Shown here piece after piece: positions 8,401-18,658 of a DNA stretch of 64,000 bases (positions within the stretch are counted from its first letter, which is position 1; each line of letters starts with the position of its first letter). This DNA comes from Christensenellaceae bacterium. Lineage in GTDB: Bacteria > Bacillota > Clostridia > Christensenellales > Aristaeellaceae. Location of the stretch: assembly GCA_012837835.1 (NCBI GenBank), contig DUQK01000018.1:16217-80216 (forward strand), given 5' to 3'. The notes beneath the pieces were generated by a model, which made no database searches, had not been told where the DNA came from, and saw nothing but the letters and a program-made list of their open reading frames with translations. Position numbers and translations under genes: made by a program.

Positions 8401-9798
8401 ATGCAAGCTGTACTGCTCATAGATTTTGGTTCTACATTTACAAAACTTACCGCGGTAGACCTTGAAGAAAGGCGCATACTTGCAGCTGCGCAGAGCTTCA
8501 CTACTGTTGAGAGCGATGTAATGCAGGGCTTTAACTGCGCACTTGAAATATTACAGGAACAGCTTGGCGGAGTGGAATTTATAAAGCGCCTAGCATGTTC
8601 AAGTGCGGCGGGCGGGCTTCGTATGGTGGCGTCAGGGCTTGTGCCCTCGCTCACCGCTAAGGCCGCAAAGCTTGCTGCCTTTGGCGCAGGCGCGAAAGTT
8701 ATAAAGACGTTTTCATATGAACTAACTGACGAAGATATAGACGTAATAGACGATATTGCCCCTGATATATTCCTTTTAACTGGCGGTACTGACGGCGGTA
8801 ATGTCAAGGTAATACAGCATAATGCGGGGCTAATTGCAACGGCTAAAAAGCCTTTTCCCATAGTAATAGCCGGCAACAGAAGCGCGGCTAAAGTATGCCA
8901 TGAAGTTATAGCTAGCGATATCCACCCTACATATATAACCGAGAATGTTATGCCGGAATTAAACAGGCTTAACATTGCCCCTGCGCAGGCGGTAATAAGG
9001 GAAATATTTTTAGACAGGATAGTATCTGCCAAGGGTTTAAGCCATGAAAAGGCGCTTATAGAGGGCATAATTATGCCAACGCCCGCATCTGTTTTAGCTG
9101 CGCTTAGCCTACTATCTAAAGGTACTGAAAAAACAGAGGGTATAGGCGAAATAATGTGCGCAGACCTTGGAGGCGCGACCACAGATGTGTATTCTATAGC
9201 AAAGGGTTATCCGCTTAATCCCTCTGTAATGCTTAGCGGTCTTAGAGAACCCTTTGAAAAGCGCAGCGTAGAGGGCGATATAGGTATGCGCTATAGCGCA
9301 AAGGGCATAGTAGATGCGCAAGGCTTGGAAGAGATTATTAACATTAGCGGTTTAAGTAAAGAAGAGGCGGAAAATTACTTAAGCGAAATATCAAAAGATA
9401 AGTCCCGATTGCCAAGCGATAATAAAACAAAGGCTATGGATTTTGCGCTTGCTGCACTTGCTATACGTACGGCGCTTATACGCCACGCGGGAGAACTTGA
9501 GCGCATATACACCCCAAGCGGCGCAGTATATAAGCAGCAGGGCAAGGATTTAACGGGTATAGATAAAATAATACTTACAGGCGGCGCGCTTGTACACTCT
9601 GATAACCCGCAGGCTATACTGGATATCGCTATTTCAAACATAGAAGAAAGCAGCCTTGTGCCAAGAAACCCTAAAGCCATAGTGGATAGGGGCTATATAT
9701 TATCAGCAATGGGGCTATTATCTACATATGATGAAGAAAGTGCAATTAATATAATGAAACAATATATAGGAGGGCATGTTGATAGAACTGGCCAATAA
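8401..9798 (+). CDS. glmL: Glutamate mutase accessory/reactivase protein MutL (GlmL)
   Basis: Sits between the S and E subunit genes as in Clostridium. The N-terminal [12 protein letters not shown] motif is actin/ASKHA-like. 465 aa. Confidence 0.8.
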   Translation: MQAVLLIDFGSTFTKLTAVDLEERRILAAAQSFTTVESDVMQGFNCALEILQEQLGGVEFIKRLACSSAAGGLRMVASGLVPSLTAKAAKLAAFGAGAKVIKTFSYELTDEDIDVIDDIAPDIFLLTGGTDGGNVKVIQHNAGLIATAKKPFPIVIAGNRSAAKVCHEVIASDIHPTYITENVMPELNRLNIAPAQAVIREIFLDRIVSAKGLSHEKALIEGIIMPTPASVLAALSLLSKGTEKTEGIGEIMCADLGGATTDVYSIAKGYPLNPSVMLSGLREPFEKRSVEGDIGMRYSAKGIVDAQGLEEIINISGLSKEEAENYLSEISKDKSRLPSDNKTKAMDFALAALAIRTALIRHAGELERIYTPSGAVYKQQGKDLTGIDKIILTGGALVHSDNPQAILDIAISNIEESSLVPRNPKAIVDRGYILSAMGLLSTYDEESAINIMKQYIGGHVDRTGQ

Positions 9799-11236
9799 GC
9801 GCTACGATGATGAGGAGTTTTTTAGGGAGAGGGAGGAAGTGCTTAAAACCTGGCACACGGGGCAAGAGGTAGATTTAAGCGAAGCTGTTGAGTATCAGCG
9901 CAGCATAAAAACGGAAAAGCGCTTCTGTACCAAGCTGGGTAATGCCATAAAAGGGAAAAAAACACTTGTGCAGCCAAGGGCGGGGGTTGCGCTTGTTGAT
10001 ATGCATGTTCAGCTACTGCAATATCTAGAAAATGAGGGTGAGGCGGACTTACTTCCCACTACCATAGACAGCTATACTCGCCTTAACCGCTATGAGGATG
10101 CGGAGCACGGCATTAGGGAATCCAAAACGCATGGTAAATCTATGCTTAACGGTTTCCCGGCGGTAAACTACGGCGTTAAGGGCTGCCGAATGGTAACAGA
10201 GGGTGTTAAAAGCCCTGTGCAGGTACGCCATGGCACGCCCGATGCAAGGCTGCTTGCCGAAACTGCCTATGCGGGGGGCTTTACAAGCTTTGAGGGCGGG
10301 GGTATATCCTACAACATACCCTATGCGAAAAACGTACCGTTAACTGAAACCATAAAAAAATGGCAGTATGTGGATAGACTGACAGGTTACTACGAGGAGC
10401 AGGGTATCTCATTAAACAGAGAGCCTTTCGGTCCGTTAACAGGCACGCTTGTGCCGCCCTGCGTATCTAATGCGGTGGCTATAATAGAGGGTCTGCTTGC
10501 AGCAGAGCAGGGGGTAAGGGACATTACCCTTGGTTACGGTCAGTGCGGCAATCTTGTGCAGGACGTTGCGGCTATAGAATCTCTGCGCTATATGAGCGAA
10601 AAATATCTTAAGCGCTTCGACTATGACGGCTATATATTGTCAACCGTGCTGCACCAATGGATGGGCGGTTTCCCGCAGGACGAGGCGAAAGCCTTTGGCG
10701 TTATATGCTGGGGGAGCGCGGTTGCAGCCCTTGCTAAAGCAACAAAGGTAATAGTAAAAACGCCCCACGAGGCTATGGGCGTACCCACAAAGGAAGCGAA
10801 CGCCGCAGGCTTAAGGGCAACAAAGCAGGTTATTACCATGCTTGCTGACCAAGCGCTGCCTCAAGATAGTGTACTTCTTAGCGAAATAGATTTAATAAAT
10901 AGGGAAACAGAGCAGATACTGGAGCGTACGCTTGAACTTGGCGATGGGGATATAGCTATAGGCACCGTTAGGGCATTTGAAGCCGGCGTAATAGATGTGC
11001 CCTTTGCCCCCAGCAGGTTTAACGCAGGTAAAATGATGCCCGCCCGTGACCATGACGGCGCTGTACGCTTTTTAAACGTTGGTAACCTGCCCTTTGACGA
11101 TAGTATTAAGGCTTTCCACAAGAAAAAGCTTGATGAAAGGGGCAAAGCGGAAGGCAGGGGAGTAAACTTCCAGATGGTAGTGGATGATATATATGCGATA
11201 AGCAAGGGACGCTTAGTTGGGCGCCCCCATAAATAA
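9776..11236 (+). CDS. glmE: Methylaspartate (glutamate) mutase E subunit
   Basis: Near-colinear with clostridial GlmE as I remember it ([43 protein letters not shown]). Overlaps the glmL end by 23 nt. Confidence 0.9.
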   Translation: MLIELANKRYDDEEFFREREEVLKTWHTGQEVDLSEAVEYQRSIKTEKRFCTKLGNAIKGKKTLVQPRAGVALVDMHVQLLQYLENEGEADLLPTTIDSYTRLNRYEDAEHGIRESKTHGKSMLNGFPAVNYGVKGCRMVTEGVKSPVQVRHGTPDARLLAETAYAGGFTSFEGGGISYNIPYAKNVPLTETIKKWQYVDRLTGYYEEQGISLNREPFGPLTGTLVPPCVSNAVAIIEGLLAAEQGVRDITLGYGQCGNLVQDVAAIESLRYMSEKYLKRFDYDGYILSTVLHQWMGGFPQDEAKAFGVICWGSAVAALAKATKVIVKTPHEAMGVPTKEANAAGLRATKQVITMLADQALPQDSVLLSEIDLINRETEQILERTLELGDGDIAIGTVRAFEAGVIDVPFAPSRFNAGKMMPARDHDGAVRFLNVGNLPFDDSIKAFHKKKLDERGKAEGRGVNFQMVVDDIYAISKGRLVGRPHK

Positions 11237-11255
11237 TATGGAAAGAGGGAAGAAA

Positions 11256-12494
11256 ATGAAAATCACAAAAATAATCTGCTCAGAAGGGCGCACAGGTTTT
11301 TATTTTGATGACCAGAAAGCAATAAAACAGGGCGCGAAAACAGACGGAAACATGTACGTAGGTGAGCCGGTTACTAAAGGCTTTACATCCGTTCGCCAAG
11401 CGGGGGAATCCGTAAGCGTAATGCTGGTGCTTGATAATGGTGATATAGCCATAGGCGATTGCTGCGCCGTGCAGTATTCGGGCGCCGCAGGACGGGATCC
11501 GCTTTTCTTGGCGGATGAATATATGCCACTAATAGAAAACGAAGTTGCCGAGCATTTTGTTGGAGAAAAGCTTGACAGTTTCCGCCGCCTAGCTGAAAAA
11601 ATAGAGCATCTGCATATAAACGGTAGGCGTCTGCACACTGCAATACGCTATGGGTTTTCTCAGGCGCTGCTGGCAGCTGTTGCCAAGGCAAAGGGCGTGC
11701 TTATGTGCGATGTTATAGCTGAAGAATACAACCTTAAAGTTTCTGATAAACTGGTGCCGATATTCAGCCAGTCGGGAGATGATAGGTACAACAACGCCGA
11801 TAAAATGATAATGAAAGGCGTGCCGGTAATATCACACGGGCTGTTTAACTCTGTAGAAAAGCTTGGCGAAAAGGGTGAAAAGCTGCTTGACTATATTAAG
11901 TGGATAAACAAAAGAATAGTCGATTTTGCCCCCTACGAGGGCTATAAACCTACACTGCATATGGACTGCTACGGTACCATAGGGCAGGTATTTGGCGAAA
12001 GCAACTATAAAGCCATGGCTGACTATATGGCGGAGCTTGAAAAAGCCGCTACGCCCTTCCACCTGCGCATAGAAGGACCCATGGATTCGGGCGATAGGGA
12101 AAGCCAGATAAGGGATTTGAAGGGTCTTAGAAATGAACTTGATGCAAGGAATATAAAAGTTGAACTAGTTGCTGATGAGTGGTGCAATACCCTTGATGAT
12201 ATAAAGCTATTTGTAGATAACAAAGCCGGGCATATGATACAGGTTAAAACGCCTGACCTTGGCAGCTTACACAACAGCGTTGAAGCCGTGCTTTACTGCA
12301 AGGGAAACGGCATGGGTGCATACCAAGGCGGAACTTGCAACGAAACCGATATTTCAGTAAAAGCTTGCATACATAGCGCCATGGCTGCAAACGCAGACCA
12401 AGTGCTCGCAAAGCCCGGAATGGGCGTTGACGAAGGCTATATGCTATGCTTCAACGAGATGCAGCGCATACTGGCTATTAAAAAACAGGGGTGA
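11256..12494 (+). CDS. mal: Methylaspartate ammonia-lyase
   Basis: ORF trimmed to ATG 11256, which follows GAAAGAGGGA. Matches remembered clostridial MAL blocks (GFYFDDQ, AVQYSGA.GRDPLF, ADEWCNT, KTPDLG, GGTCNET). Confidence 0.9.
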   Translation: MKITKIICSEGRTGFYFDDQKAIKQGAKTDGNMYVGEPVTKGFTSVRQAGESVSVMLVLDNGDIAIGDCCAVQYSGAAGRDPLFLADEYMPLIENEVAEHFVGEKLDSFRRLAEKIEHLHINGRRLHTAIRYGFSQALLAAVAKAKGVLMCDVIAEEYNLKVSDKLVPIFSQSGDDRYNNADKMIMKGVPVISHGLFNSVEKLGEKGEKLLDYIKWINKRIVDFAPYEGYKPTLHMDCYGTIGQVFGESNYKAMADYMAELEKAATPFHLRIEGPMDSGDRESQIRDLKGLRNELDARNIKVELVADEWCNTLDDIKLFVDNKAGHMIQVKTPDLGSLHNSVEAVLYCKGNGMGAYQGGTCNETDISVKACIHSAMAANADQVLAKPGMGVDEGYMLCFNEMQRILAIKKQG

Positions 12495-12498
12495 TTTA

Positions 12499-13425
12499 TT
12501 GGCAATCCGCTATGTAAACCCTTATTATAGCGTATATTTTGCGCCAAGGGGCGCTAGGCGTATGCTGGCTATTGGCAGGCAGATAGCCCAGCAGCACCTT
12601 GATGCACAGGATAGGCTTATAGGGCTAATGGGCGAAGCAGGCTCCGGTAAGAGCCTGCTTATAAAGGGCATGTTTCCGGGGCTTGAACTTACTAACGACG
12701 ATAATGGCGTAAATGTAAGACCTCTGCCCCTGCTTGATGTGTCGGACGATGGTTTCTATCAGCCGCATACCTATCATATAGACATACGCTTTGAAATGGG
12801 CTTTACACAACTTTATATACTGGCGGATGCTATTGACAACGCTATAAACAAGGGTAGGCGTGTTATTGTTGAACATTTTGAGCTTATATACCCTATGCTG
12901 CGTACAAATGCAGAGCTGCTTATAGGTATAGGCGAAGAAATAATAGTAACTAGACCCACTCTGTTTGGCCCTGAGCCGCAGGAAATAGCCGAAATAGTGT
13001 TAAAAAACGGCATATACAGGCGTATGGCGCATTCTGCTGAGGATTTAACGGAGTTTTATCTGCACCAACATTTGCCGCCGGATTTACAATACATACATGA
13101 TGATATAAGGCGGGGTTTCTTGCTTAGGTTTCCTAAAAAACCGCAGGTAGTTATAGAAGCTATTGAGCATTATGTAAAGGATTTAATATCGCTTGACATA
13201 CCTATAAGTTATCACGATGAGCAGCATATAATGATAGGCGACAAGCTGCACCTTTGCACCAATCCCCGTATGCATGTAAGCTCAACCGGCAAGATAGATA
13301 ATTTCCACTTGCTTAAAGAGTTCCATCATGATTTACTTAACGATGATTATATACTTGTTGGACTCGTGGGTGACCACAGTAAAGAAGAGGAATTAAGCGA
13401 TATAAATACTATAAGTTTAGATTAG
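12499..13425 (+). CDS. P-loop NTPase-like hypothetical protein
   Basis: Walker A motif GEAGSGKS. In-frame TTG at 12499 lies 4 nt after the mal stop; ATG 12562 is an alternative start. The track start at 12427 would overlap mal by 68 nt. Confidence 0.55.
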   Translation: MAIRYVNPYYSVYFAPRGARRMLAIGRQIAQQHLDAQDRLIGLMGEAGSGKSLLIKGMFPGLELTNDDNGVNVRPLPLLDVSDDGFYQPHTYHIDIRFEMGFTQLYILADAIDNAINKGRRVIVEHFELIYPMLRTNAELLIGIGEEIIVTRPTLFGPEPQEIAEIVLKNGIYRRMAHSAEDLTEFYLHQHLPPDLQYIHDDIRRGFLLRFPKKPQVVIEAIEHYVKDLISLDIPISYHDEQHIMIGDKLHLCTNPRMHVSSTGKIDNFHLLKEFHHDLLNDDYILVGLVGDHSKEEELSDINTISLD

Positions 13426-14771
13426 GCTTTTTGAAGCAGAACTATGTTTTCAATACCTGAAGTGTAAGAGAACATATCAACAGGTATGCTTTTTATAGGG
13501 GCATAGCCAAGCGCTGTAAGGCGGGCTATGTCCCTTGCTTGTGATGCAACATGGCAGCTTATATATATTATCTTTTCTGCATCAAGCTTTGCCATAGCTT
13601 CAATTACAGAAGGCTCAGCTCCCTTTCTGGGCGGGTCAAGCACTATTATATCCGGCTTATAGTTTTCCTTTACAAATTGGGGGAGTATATCTTCTACCTT
13701 TCCTAGGTGGAAAGAAGCGTTGGTTATATTATTATTTTTAGCGTTTAATATAGCATCATCTGTTGCTGCTGGCACTATCTCTATGCCTCTAACTTCTTTG
13801 CATTTACCTGCAAAGGAAAGTGCAATAGTACCTGCGCCGCAGTAAAGGTCCAGCACTTTTTTGCCTTCCAAATCGCCCGCAAGCTCCATAGCGGCGAGGT
13901 ATAGCTTTTCTGCCTGCTTTGTATTTATTTGGAAGAATGAAAGAGGAGAGATTCTGAAATTAAGCCCCAAAAGTTCTTCTTTTATATGGTTTTCACCGTG
14001 CAGCACTGCAAAGCTTTCGCCAAGTATAGTGTTTGTACGCTTTTTCTGCACGCTGCTTATTATTGATACTATATAAGGGTTTTCTTGTTTTAGCCTACTT
14101 ATCAGCTCATTTTTATATGGTATTTGTTTTTCTCTTGTAACAAGTATTAGCATACATTCGCCTTCAAGATTTACCCTTATAACTATATGCCTTATAAGCC
14201 CTGTATGGGCGTTTTCGTTGTATGGAGGTATGTTGTATTCTTCCATCCAGCTAAGCACGCTTTGCATAACTTGCATGGTAGGTTTCCTTGCTACTGGGCA
14301 ATTAGTTACAGGCACCACCCTATGGCTTCTGGGGTAGAAAAAACCCGCAACAGGCTTGCCGTTTTCAAACGCTAGGGGCATGGAAGTTTTGTTTCTATAG
14401 TTAAGGCTGCTATCAGCGTCTATGCACTTAGCTACCGGTATTTTGGCGCCAGCTATTTTGCTGAGCGTATCTTTAACAATTAGCCTTTTCTGAATTAATG
14501 TAGTTTCATATGTCATATGCTGGCATGTGCAGCCGCCGCATTTATAAAAAATATCGCATGGCGGCTCCTGCCTATCCGGGCTTTTCTGTAATATTTCAAG
14601 CGGTTTTGCGTATGCGTAGCTTTTAAGTACCTTTACTATCTTAGCCCTTATAATTTCCCCGGGAAGTGAAAAGGGCAGGAAGACAACCTTGCCTTCATGC
14701 CTTGCTATGCCCTGCATATCGCTGTTTAGCGCCTGTATCTCAAGCTCTAATATATCGTTTTTTTTGAGCAT
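13422..14771 (-). CDS. 23S rRNA (uracil-C5)-methyltransferase, RumA/RlmD family
   Basis: Fe-S cluster motif C-x5-C-x2-C (CDIFYKCGGCTC), SAM motif VLDLYCGAGTI and catalytic ISCHVAS. Start set at the MLKKND methionine so it does not overlap the upstream gene. Confidence 0.85.
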   Translation of the reverse strand: MLKKNDILELEIQALNSDMQGIARHEGKVVFLPFSLPGEIIRAKIVKVLKSYAYAKPLEILQKSPDRQEPPCDIFYKCGGCTCQHMTYETTLIQKRLIVKDTLSKIAGAKIPVAKCIDADSSLNYRNKTSMPLAFENGKPVAGFFYPRSHRVVPVTNCPVARKPTMQVMQSVLSWMEEYNIPPYNENAHTGLIRHIVIRVNLEGECMLILVTREKQIPYKNELISRLKQENPYIVSIISSVQKKRTNTILGESFAVLHGENHIKEELLGLNFRISPLSFFQINTKQAEKLYLAAMELAGDLEGKKVLDLYCGAGTIALSFAGKCKEVRGIEIVPAATDDAILNAKNNNITNASFHLGKVEDILPQFVKENYKPDIIVLDPPRKGAEPSVIEAMAKLDAEKIIYISCHVASQARDIARLTALGYAPIKSIPVDMFSYTSGIENIVLLQKA

Positions 14772-14772
14772 A

Positions 14773-15480
14773 TCAGAAATTTTTCCCCTCATACTGGCGG
14801 CATAATGTGTATTTAGATATGGCGCTTCTTGTAGACCAGCCCGCCCCAAGGGATAGTATATCTGATATATATGGCGGTAATGTACGGTTGAACTTAACCT
14901 CCATTATCATCATATCGTCTGAAAATACGGGTATGGTGGGAAGTTCCTTGTTGTAGATATCTATAGCGTTAAGCCCTGTTCTAAGCTGCTTATCAAATGT
15001 TATGCGTATTTCTTCAGCCGGGTGTATATAGGCTTCCCTTACATAGTCAACTATTACTACTGGGCGAAGTAGGCTAAGCCTAAGTTCCCTAAACACATCT
15101 CTAAGAAGACCCGATGAAGTGTTTTCAAGCCCCGTAGGGTCTTTAGCTATTATCTGCTCGCTAACAAGCCTTGATATAGGCGCTGAGCGCTTTGATATAT
15201 AGTTGTTGTACTTGCTCTTACATTCCATACGGATAACTGCATCCGAAAGGTTGTATATGCGTATGCGGTATTTATCGCGGCGGTAGACGCCGGCAACTTT
15301 TTCATACAATGCCCTATCGAAGATACTGTCAAAATAGAGCGAACGTATATGGTATTCATTGTTTTCATCCGCATGCGGGTCAGGGCTTAAAACGGCACTA
15401 AGCAGCCTTTTTAGTACCTCGTACTGAGAATTTCTTATAAAGTACTTAAGCTCATGGCGGAGCCTTAAGGGGGTTGACAT
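14773..15480 (-). CDS. VTC (CYTH-like polyphosphate polymerase) domain protein
   Basis: RHELKYFI and IRSLYFDS N-terminal blocks are typical of bacterial VTC-domain proteins. The start overlaps the upstream stop (TAATG). Confidence 0.7.
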   Translation of the reverse strand: MSTPLRLRHELKYFIRNSQYEVLKRLLSAVLSPDPHADENNEYHIRSLYFDSIFDRALYEKVAGVYRRDKYRIRIYNLSDAVIRMECKSKYNNYISKRSAPISRLVSEQIIAKDPTGLENTSSGLLRDVFRELRLSLLRPVVIVDYVREAYIHPAEEIRITFDKQLRTGLNAIDIYNKELPTIPVFSDDMMIMEVKFNRTLPPYISDILSLGAGWSTRSAISKYTLCRQYEGKNF

Positions 15481-16187
15481 TATATCGCCGCTTCACTCTG
15501 GCAGGAAACTAGGGTGGCGTCATATACACCGTTGGTGCCTAGCATATGTCCTACTATGTCGCTGCTGTCCCTTAGCTGGAGTTCAACCGTCATTTCAGCG
15601 CCGGCGCGCGTTACGGTTTTTGAGCGCAGGCGGTAGTTGCGCAGCACGCGGGATAGCATTATCATTATCTCTTGCTCAAAGGCGGGGTCATAGTGCATTA
15701 CAAGCAGGTAGCTGTAGTTAGTACGTAGTTTAAGAAAAGATATCATAAGCATTACAAAGCTTATGCCAAGCACCACCACCATGGCAGGCAGGTAGTATCT
15801 AGTGCCTATTAGTATACCCATAGTTATAGACCAGAACATATAGGCAGTGTCGATAGGGTCTTTAACGGCTGTGCGGAAGCGTACTATGGATAGCGCGCCC
15901 ACCATGCCCATGCTAAGGGCAACGTTTGAACCTATAGCCATAACGACCGATGAAGTTATCATAGTTAGCAGTATAAGCGTTACCCCGAAAGAGGGGTTGT
16001 ATAATACACCTCTGTAAGTCTTTTTGTATACCAGTGAAATAATAACGCTTGCAATTAGTGAAAACAGCAGTACCAAGGCAATGTCCTTTGGTGTGAACTG
16101 TGCAAATTGAGATATCCAAAAATCGCTTGTCGCAAGCGCCTTTTTGCTTGGAGCCGCCTGCTGCGCGGCATGAGCCAATGTAATCAT
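15480..16187 (-). CDS. DUF4956-type membrane protein, the usual partner of VTC-domain proteins
   Basis: GGAGGG RBS. 4-5 TM segments followed by a soluble C-terminal domain. Translationally coupled to the VTC gene. Confidence 0.6.
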   Translation of the reverse strand: MITLAHAAQQAAPSKKALATSDFWISQFAQFTPKDIALVLLFSLIASVIISLVYKKTYRGVLYNPSFGVTLILLTMITSSVVMAIGSNVALSMGMVGALSIVRFRTAVKDPIDTAYMFWSITMGILIGTRYYLPAMVVVLGISFVMLMISFLKLRTNYSYLLVMHYDPAFEQEIMIMLSRVLRNYRLRSKTVTRAGAEMTVELQLRDSSDIVGHMLGTNGVYDATLVSCQSEAAI

Positions 16188-16321
16188 TAAACACCCTCCA
16201 AATATGATTGCTTTAATTATACAGTAATTCTACAGAAACTCAAGTGATGTTAACAAGATCTTAACAAAAAGTATTGAAAATTAGTACAATTTGTGTTATT
16301 CTTTGCTTGTCAGGAGGGCGT

Positions 16322-16915
16322 ATGGATATAAGGCTTGTTGAAAAAGGGCATATAGTGTTCGATATTGGTAATGTGCTCTTAAGCTTTTGCCCCGACAGAG
16401 CGGTAAATGAACTTGCGCCAGACGGCAAGGAAAAGCTGTACCTTAAACATGTAGTGGGTAGCCATTCCTGGCAGGAGCTTGATAGGGGTACACTAACATA
16501 CGACGAGGCGGCAAATATCATGTGCGAGCACCCCGAAATGGCGGGAGAGTATGACAACGTAAGTCATTTTCTGTACAATTTTCCAAAGCTTATGCGGATT
16601 TTACCTGCGGCGAATGCACTCCATAAGCTTAAAAGCATGGGTAAAAAACTTTATGTGCTGTCTAACTTTCATAAACCGGCATTTGAAAGAGTGTACAAAG
16701 AGTATTCGTTTTTTAAATTGTTTGATGGCTTGTGCGTATCCTGCTATCTGCACCAAATTAAGCCGGAACCTGACATATATATTTCATTACTTACAGATAA
16801 TTCTATCCCTGCAGAGGACGCGGTTTTCATAGACGATGTACTGGAAAACGCTAAGGCTGCGGAGCAATTTGGCATAACGGGTATACATTACCAAAATGAC
16901 ATTGATTTTTCTTGA
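16322..16915 (+). CDS. HAD-superfamily hydrolase
   Basis: ATG 16322 follows AGGAGGG. Motif I-like VFDIGNVLL, and a late FIDDV motif. Confidence 0.65.
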   Translation: MDIRLVEKGHIVFDIGNVLLSFCPDRAVNELAPDGKEKLYLKHVVGSHSWQELDRGTLTYDEAANIMCEHPEMAGEYDNVSHFLYNFPKLMRILPAANALHKLKSMGKKLYVLSNFHKPAFERVYKEYSFFKLFDGLCVSCYLHQIKPEPDIYISLLTDNSIPAEDAVFIDDVLENAKAAEQFGITGIHYQNDIDFS

Positions 16916-16981
16916 GGACGCAAGGAATACAGCTTTTAATCCGTTATATAGTTGAGGAGCATTGAAAAGAGGGGATTATAA

Positions 16982-18418
16982 ATGAAATCGTACAGTCGCA
17001 TTATAAAAATAGCAGCCCTATTTGCGGTTATAATATCCGTAGTTCTGCTTGCAGGCTGTCAGTCAAAGCCCGATACAGGCGGCGATGACATAGGCGGCGG
17101 CGCAATAGACAATAATCAATATCCTTTCCCGGTGCTTACAACACCGCCGGTGACCGGCACGCCCGAGCCCACAGGCACTATAGCTCCTATAAGCTTGCCT
17201 TCCCCGTCTGCAACCAGTCAGGGAGCGCAGGTGTTGCCATGGGACAGCACAGCTATACCCGGCGCATTTGTAACGCCTACAGTTTCCCCCGGTATTGGCG
17301 GTACCGCTACTATCGCCCTTAGCTTTACAACCGGCACCCCTTCGCCCGAGCCTACAGTATATGTTATAAAGCTTGGCAGCAAGGGTCAGGATGTAAAGGA
17401 CATGCAAAAGAGACTTAAGGACCTTGGTTACCTTGAAGGCAGCGCCGATGGTGACTTTGGCAAGAAAACAGAAGATGCCCTTAAGGACTTCCAGCGCCGC
17501 AACGATTTACGCGCTGACGGTATTGCGGGAAGGGCAACGCTGTCCAGGCTACAATCTTCGTCTGCAAAGCGTGCGCTACCAAAAGCAACCGCAACACCTA
17601 AGGCTACAGCTACGCCTAAGATAAAAGAAAACCTATACTTGCAGCTTGGCGATAGCGGAAAAGACGTAACAAGGATGCAGGAAAGGCTTATAGAGCTTGG
17701 CTACCTTGAAGGCAAGGCAAGCGGCAGGTTTGATTCCTCAACCGAGCAGGCTGTATATGCCTTCCAGAAACGCAATGTCGCTTATTCAGACGGCATAGCT
17801 GGTCCTCTTACGTTAAAGGCGCTGTATTCATCAAATGCGCGTCGCACTTCAAGCGCAAAGGGCGTAGTGGGTGTATCTCTCCGCCGCGGCATGACGGATT
17901 CCAAATCCGTGCAGGAAATGCAGGCAAGGCTTAAGGATTTAGGCTATTATACAGGCAGCCGTGATGGCGATTTTGGCGCTAGCACGGAGGAAGCGGTAAA
18001 GGCATTCCAAAGGGCGCATGGTCTTACGGTTGATGGCGTTGCAGGTACAACAACGCTAAATAAGCTGTACTCAAGCGAAGCGCGAAATGCAGGTTCTGTG
18101 CCGGGTGGTAGTTCAACAGCAAAAGTAACGCCCATACCAAAGCCCACGGCTATAGCTAACTATGTAAATGTAACCCCGCACCCGAGCGGTGAATACGTAA
18201 CCCTAAGGGAAGGCAATAGCGGAGTGCTTGTTCGCAATCTGCAAAATGCGCTAAAAAGCCAAGGTTACTTAAGCGGCAGCGTAGATGGCAAATACGGTGA
18301 AGGTACTACAGAGGCGGTAACCCGCTTCCAGCAGGATAAGGGTCTATCCATGGACGGCGTTGCAGGACCTGCTACACAAAGGGTGCTTTTTGAGGGTAAT
18401 TACCCTAAGGGTTCATAA
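16982..18418 (+). CDS. Lipoprotein with four peptidoglycan-binding (PG_binding_1) repeats
   Basis: Lipobox LLAGCQS. Four roughly 60-aa repeats of the form G..V..(M/L)Q.RL..LGY....DG.FG..T..A...FQ......DG.AG..T. A Pro/Thr-rich linker contains ATATPKATATPK. Confidence 0.85.
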   Translation: MKSYSRIIKIAALFAVIISVVLLAGCQSKPDTGGDDIGGGAIDNNQYPFPVLTTPPVTGTPEPTGTIAPISLPSPSATSQGAQVLPWDSTAIPGAFVTPTVSPGIGGTATIALSFTTGTPSPEPTVYVIKLGSKGQDVKDMQKRLKDLGYLEGSADGDFGKKTEDALKDFQRRNDLRADGIAGRATLSRLQSSSAKRALPKATATPKATATPKIKENLYLQLGDSGKDVTRMQERLIELGYLEGKASGRFDSSTEQAVYAFQKRNVAYSDGIAGPLTLKALYSSNARRTSSAKGVVGVSLRRGMTDSKSVQEMQARLKDLGYYTGSRDGDFGASTEEAVKAFQRAHGLTVDGVAGTTTLNKLYSSEARNAGSVPGGSSTAKVTPIPKPTAIANYVNVTPHPSGEYVTLREGNSGVLVRNLQNALKSQGYLSGSVDGKYGEGTTEAVTRFQQDKGLSMDGVAGPATQRVLFEGNYPKGS

Positions 18419-18438
18419 TTACACCTTATTAAACATAT

Positions 18439-18468
18439 AAAACGAGGCGCAAAACACGCCTCGTTTTT
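18439..18468 (+). terminator. Rho-independent terminator
   Basis: The acgaggcg/cgcctcgt 8-bp stem (18442-18449 / 18457-18464) is followed by TTTTT. Confidence 0.8.
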
Positions 18469-18658
18469 ATAATTGCCTTATATACAAATCAGCCTGATTT
18501 ATACTTATCTCAGATAAAATCAGCTTTATCTTGTGCGCCTTTTCCGATTTGTCTTTGCTTTGTTAAGGCGCTATAGCGCCGCTATGTTTTCTTCGCAAAG
18601 CTTTGCCAAATCAAAAAATTCGCTGCAATCTATACGCTGCTTTAAGCAGAGATAAGCA

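Noticed and set aside
8244-9182. 312-aa minus-strand ORF in the track
   Set aside because: It is entirely antisense to the well-supported glmS/glmL genes. The composition is Ser/Ala/Ile-rich low complexity, typical of the reverse frame of a coding region. There is no RBS.
12427-12498. Track start codon (ATG 12427) for the P-loop protein
   Set aside because: It would overlap mal by 68 nt and add a Cys-rich, non-conserved-looking N-terminus. An in-frame TTG at 12499 right after the mal stop (or ATG 12562) is more plausible.
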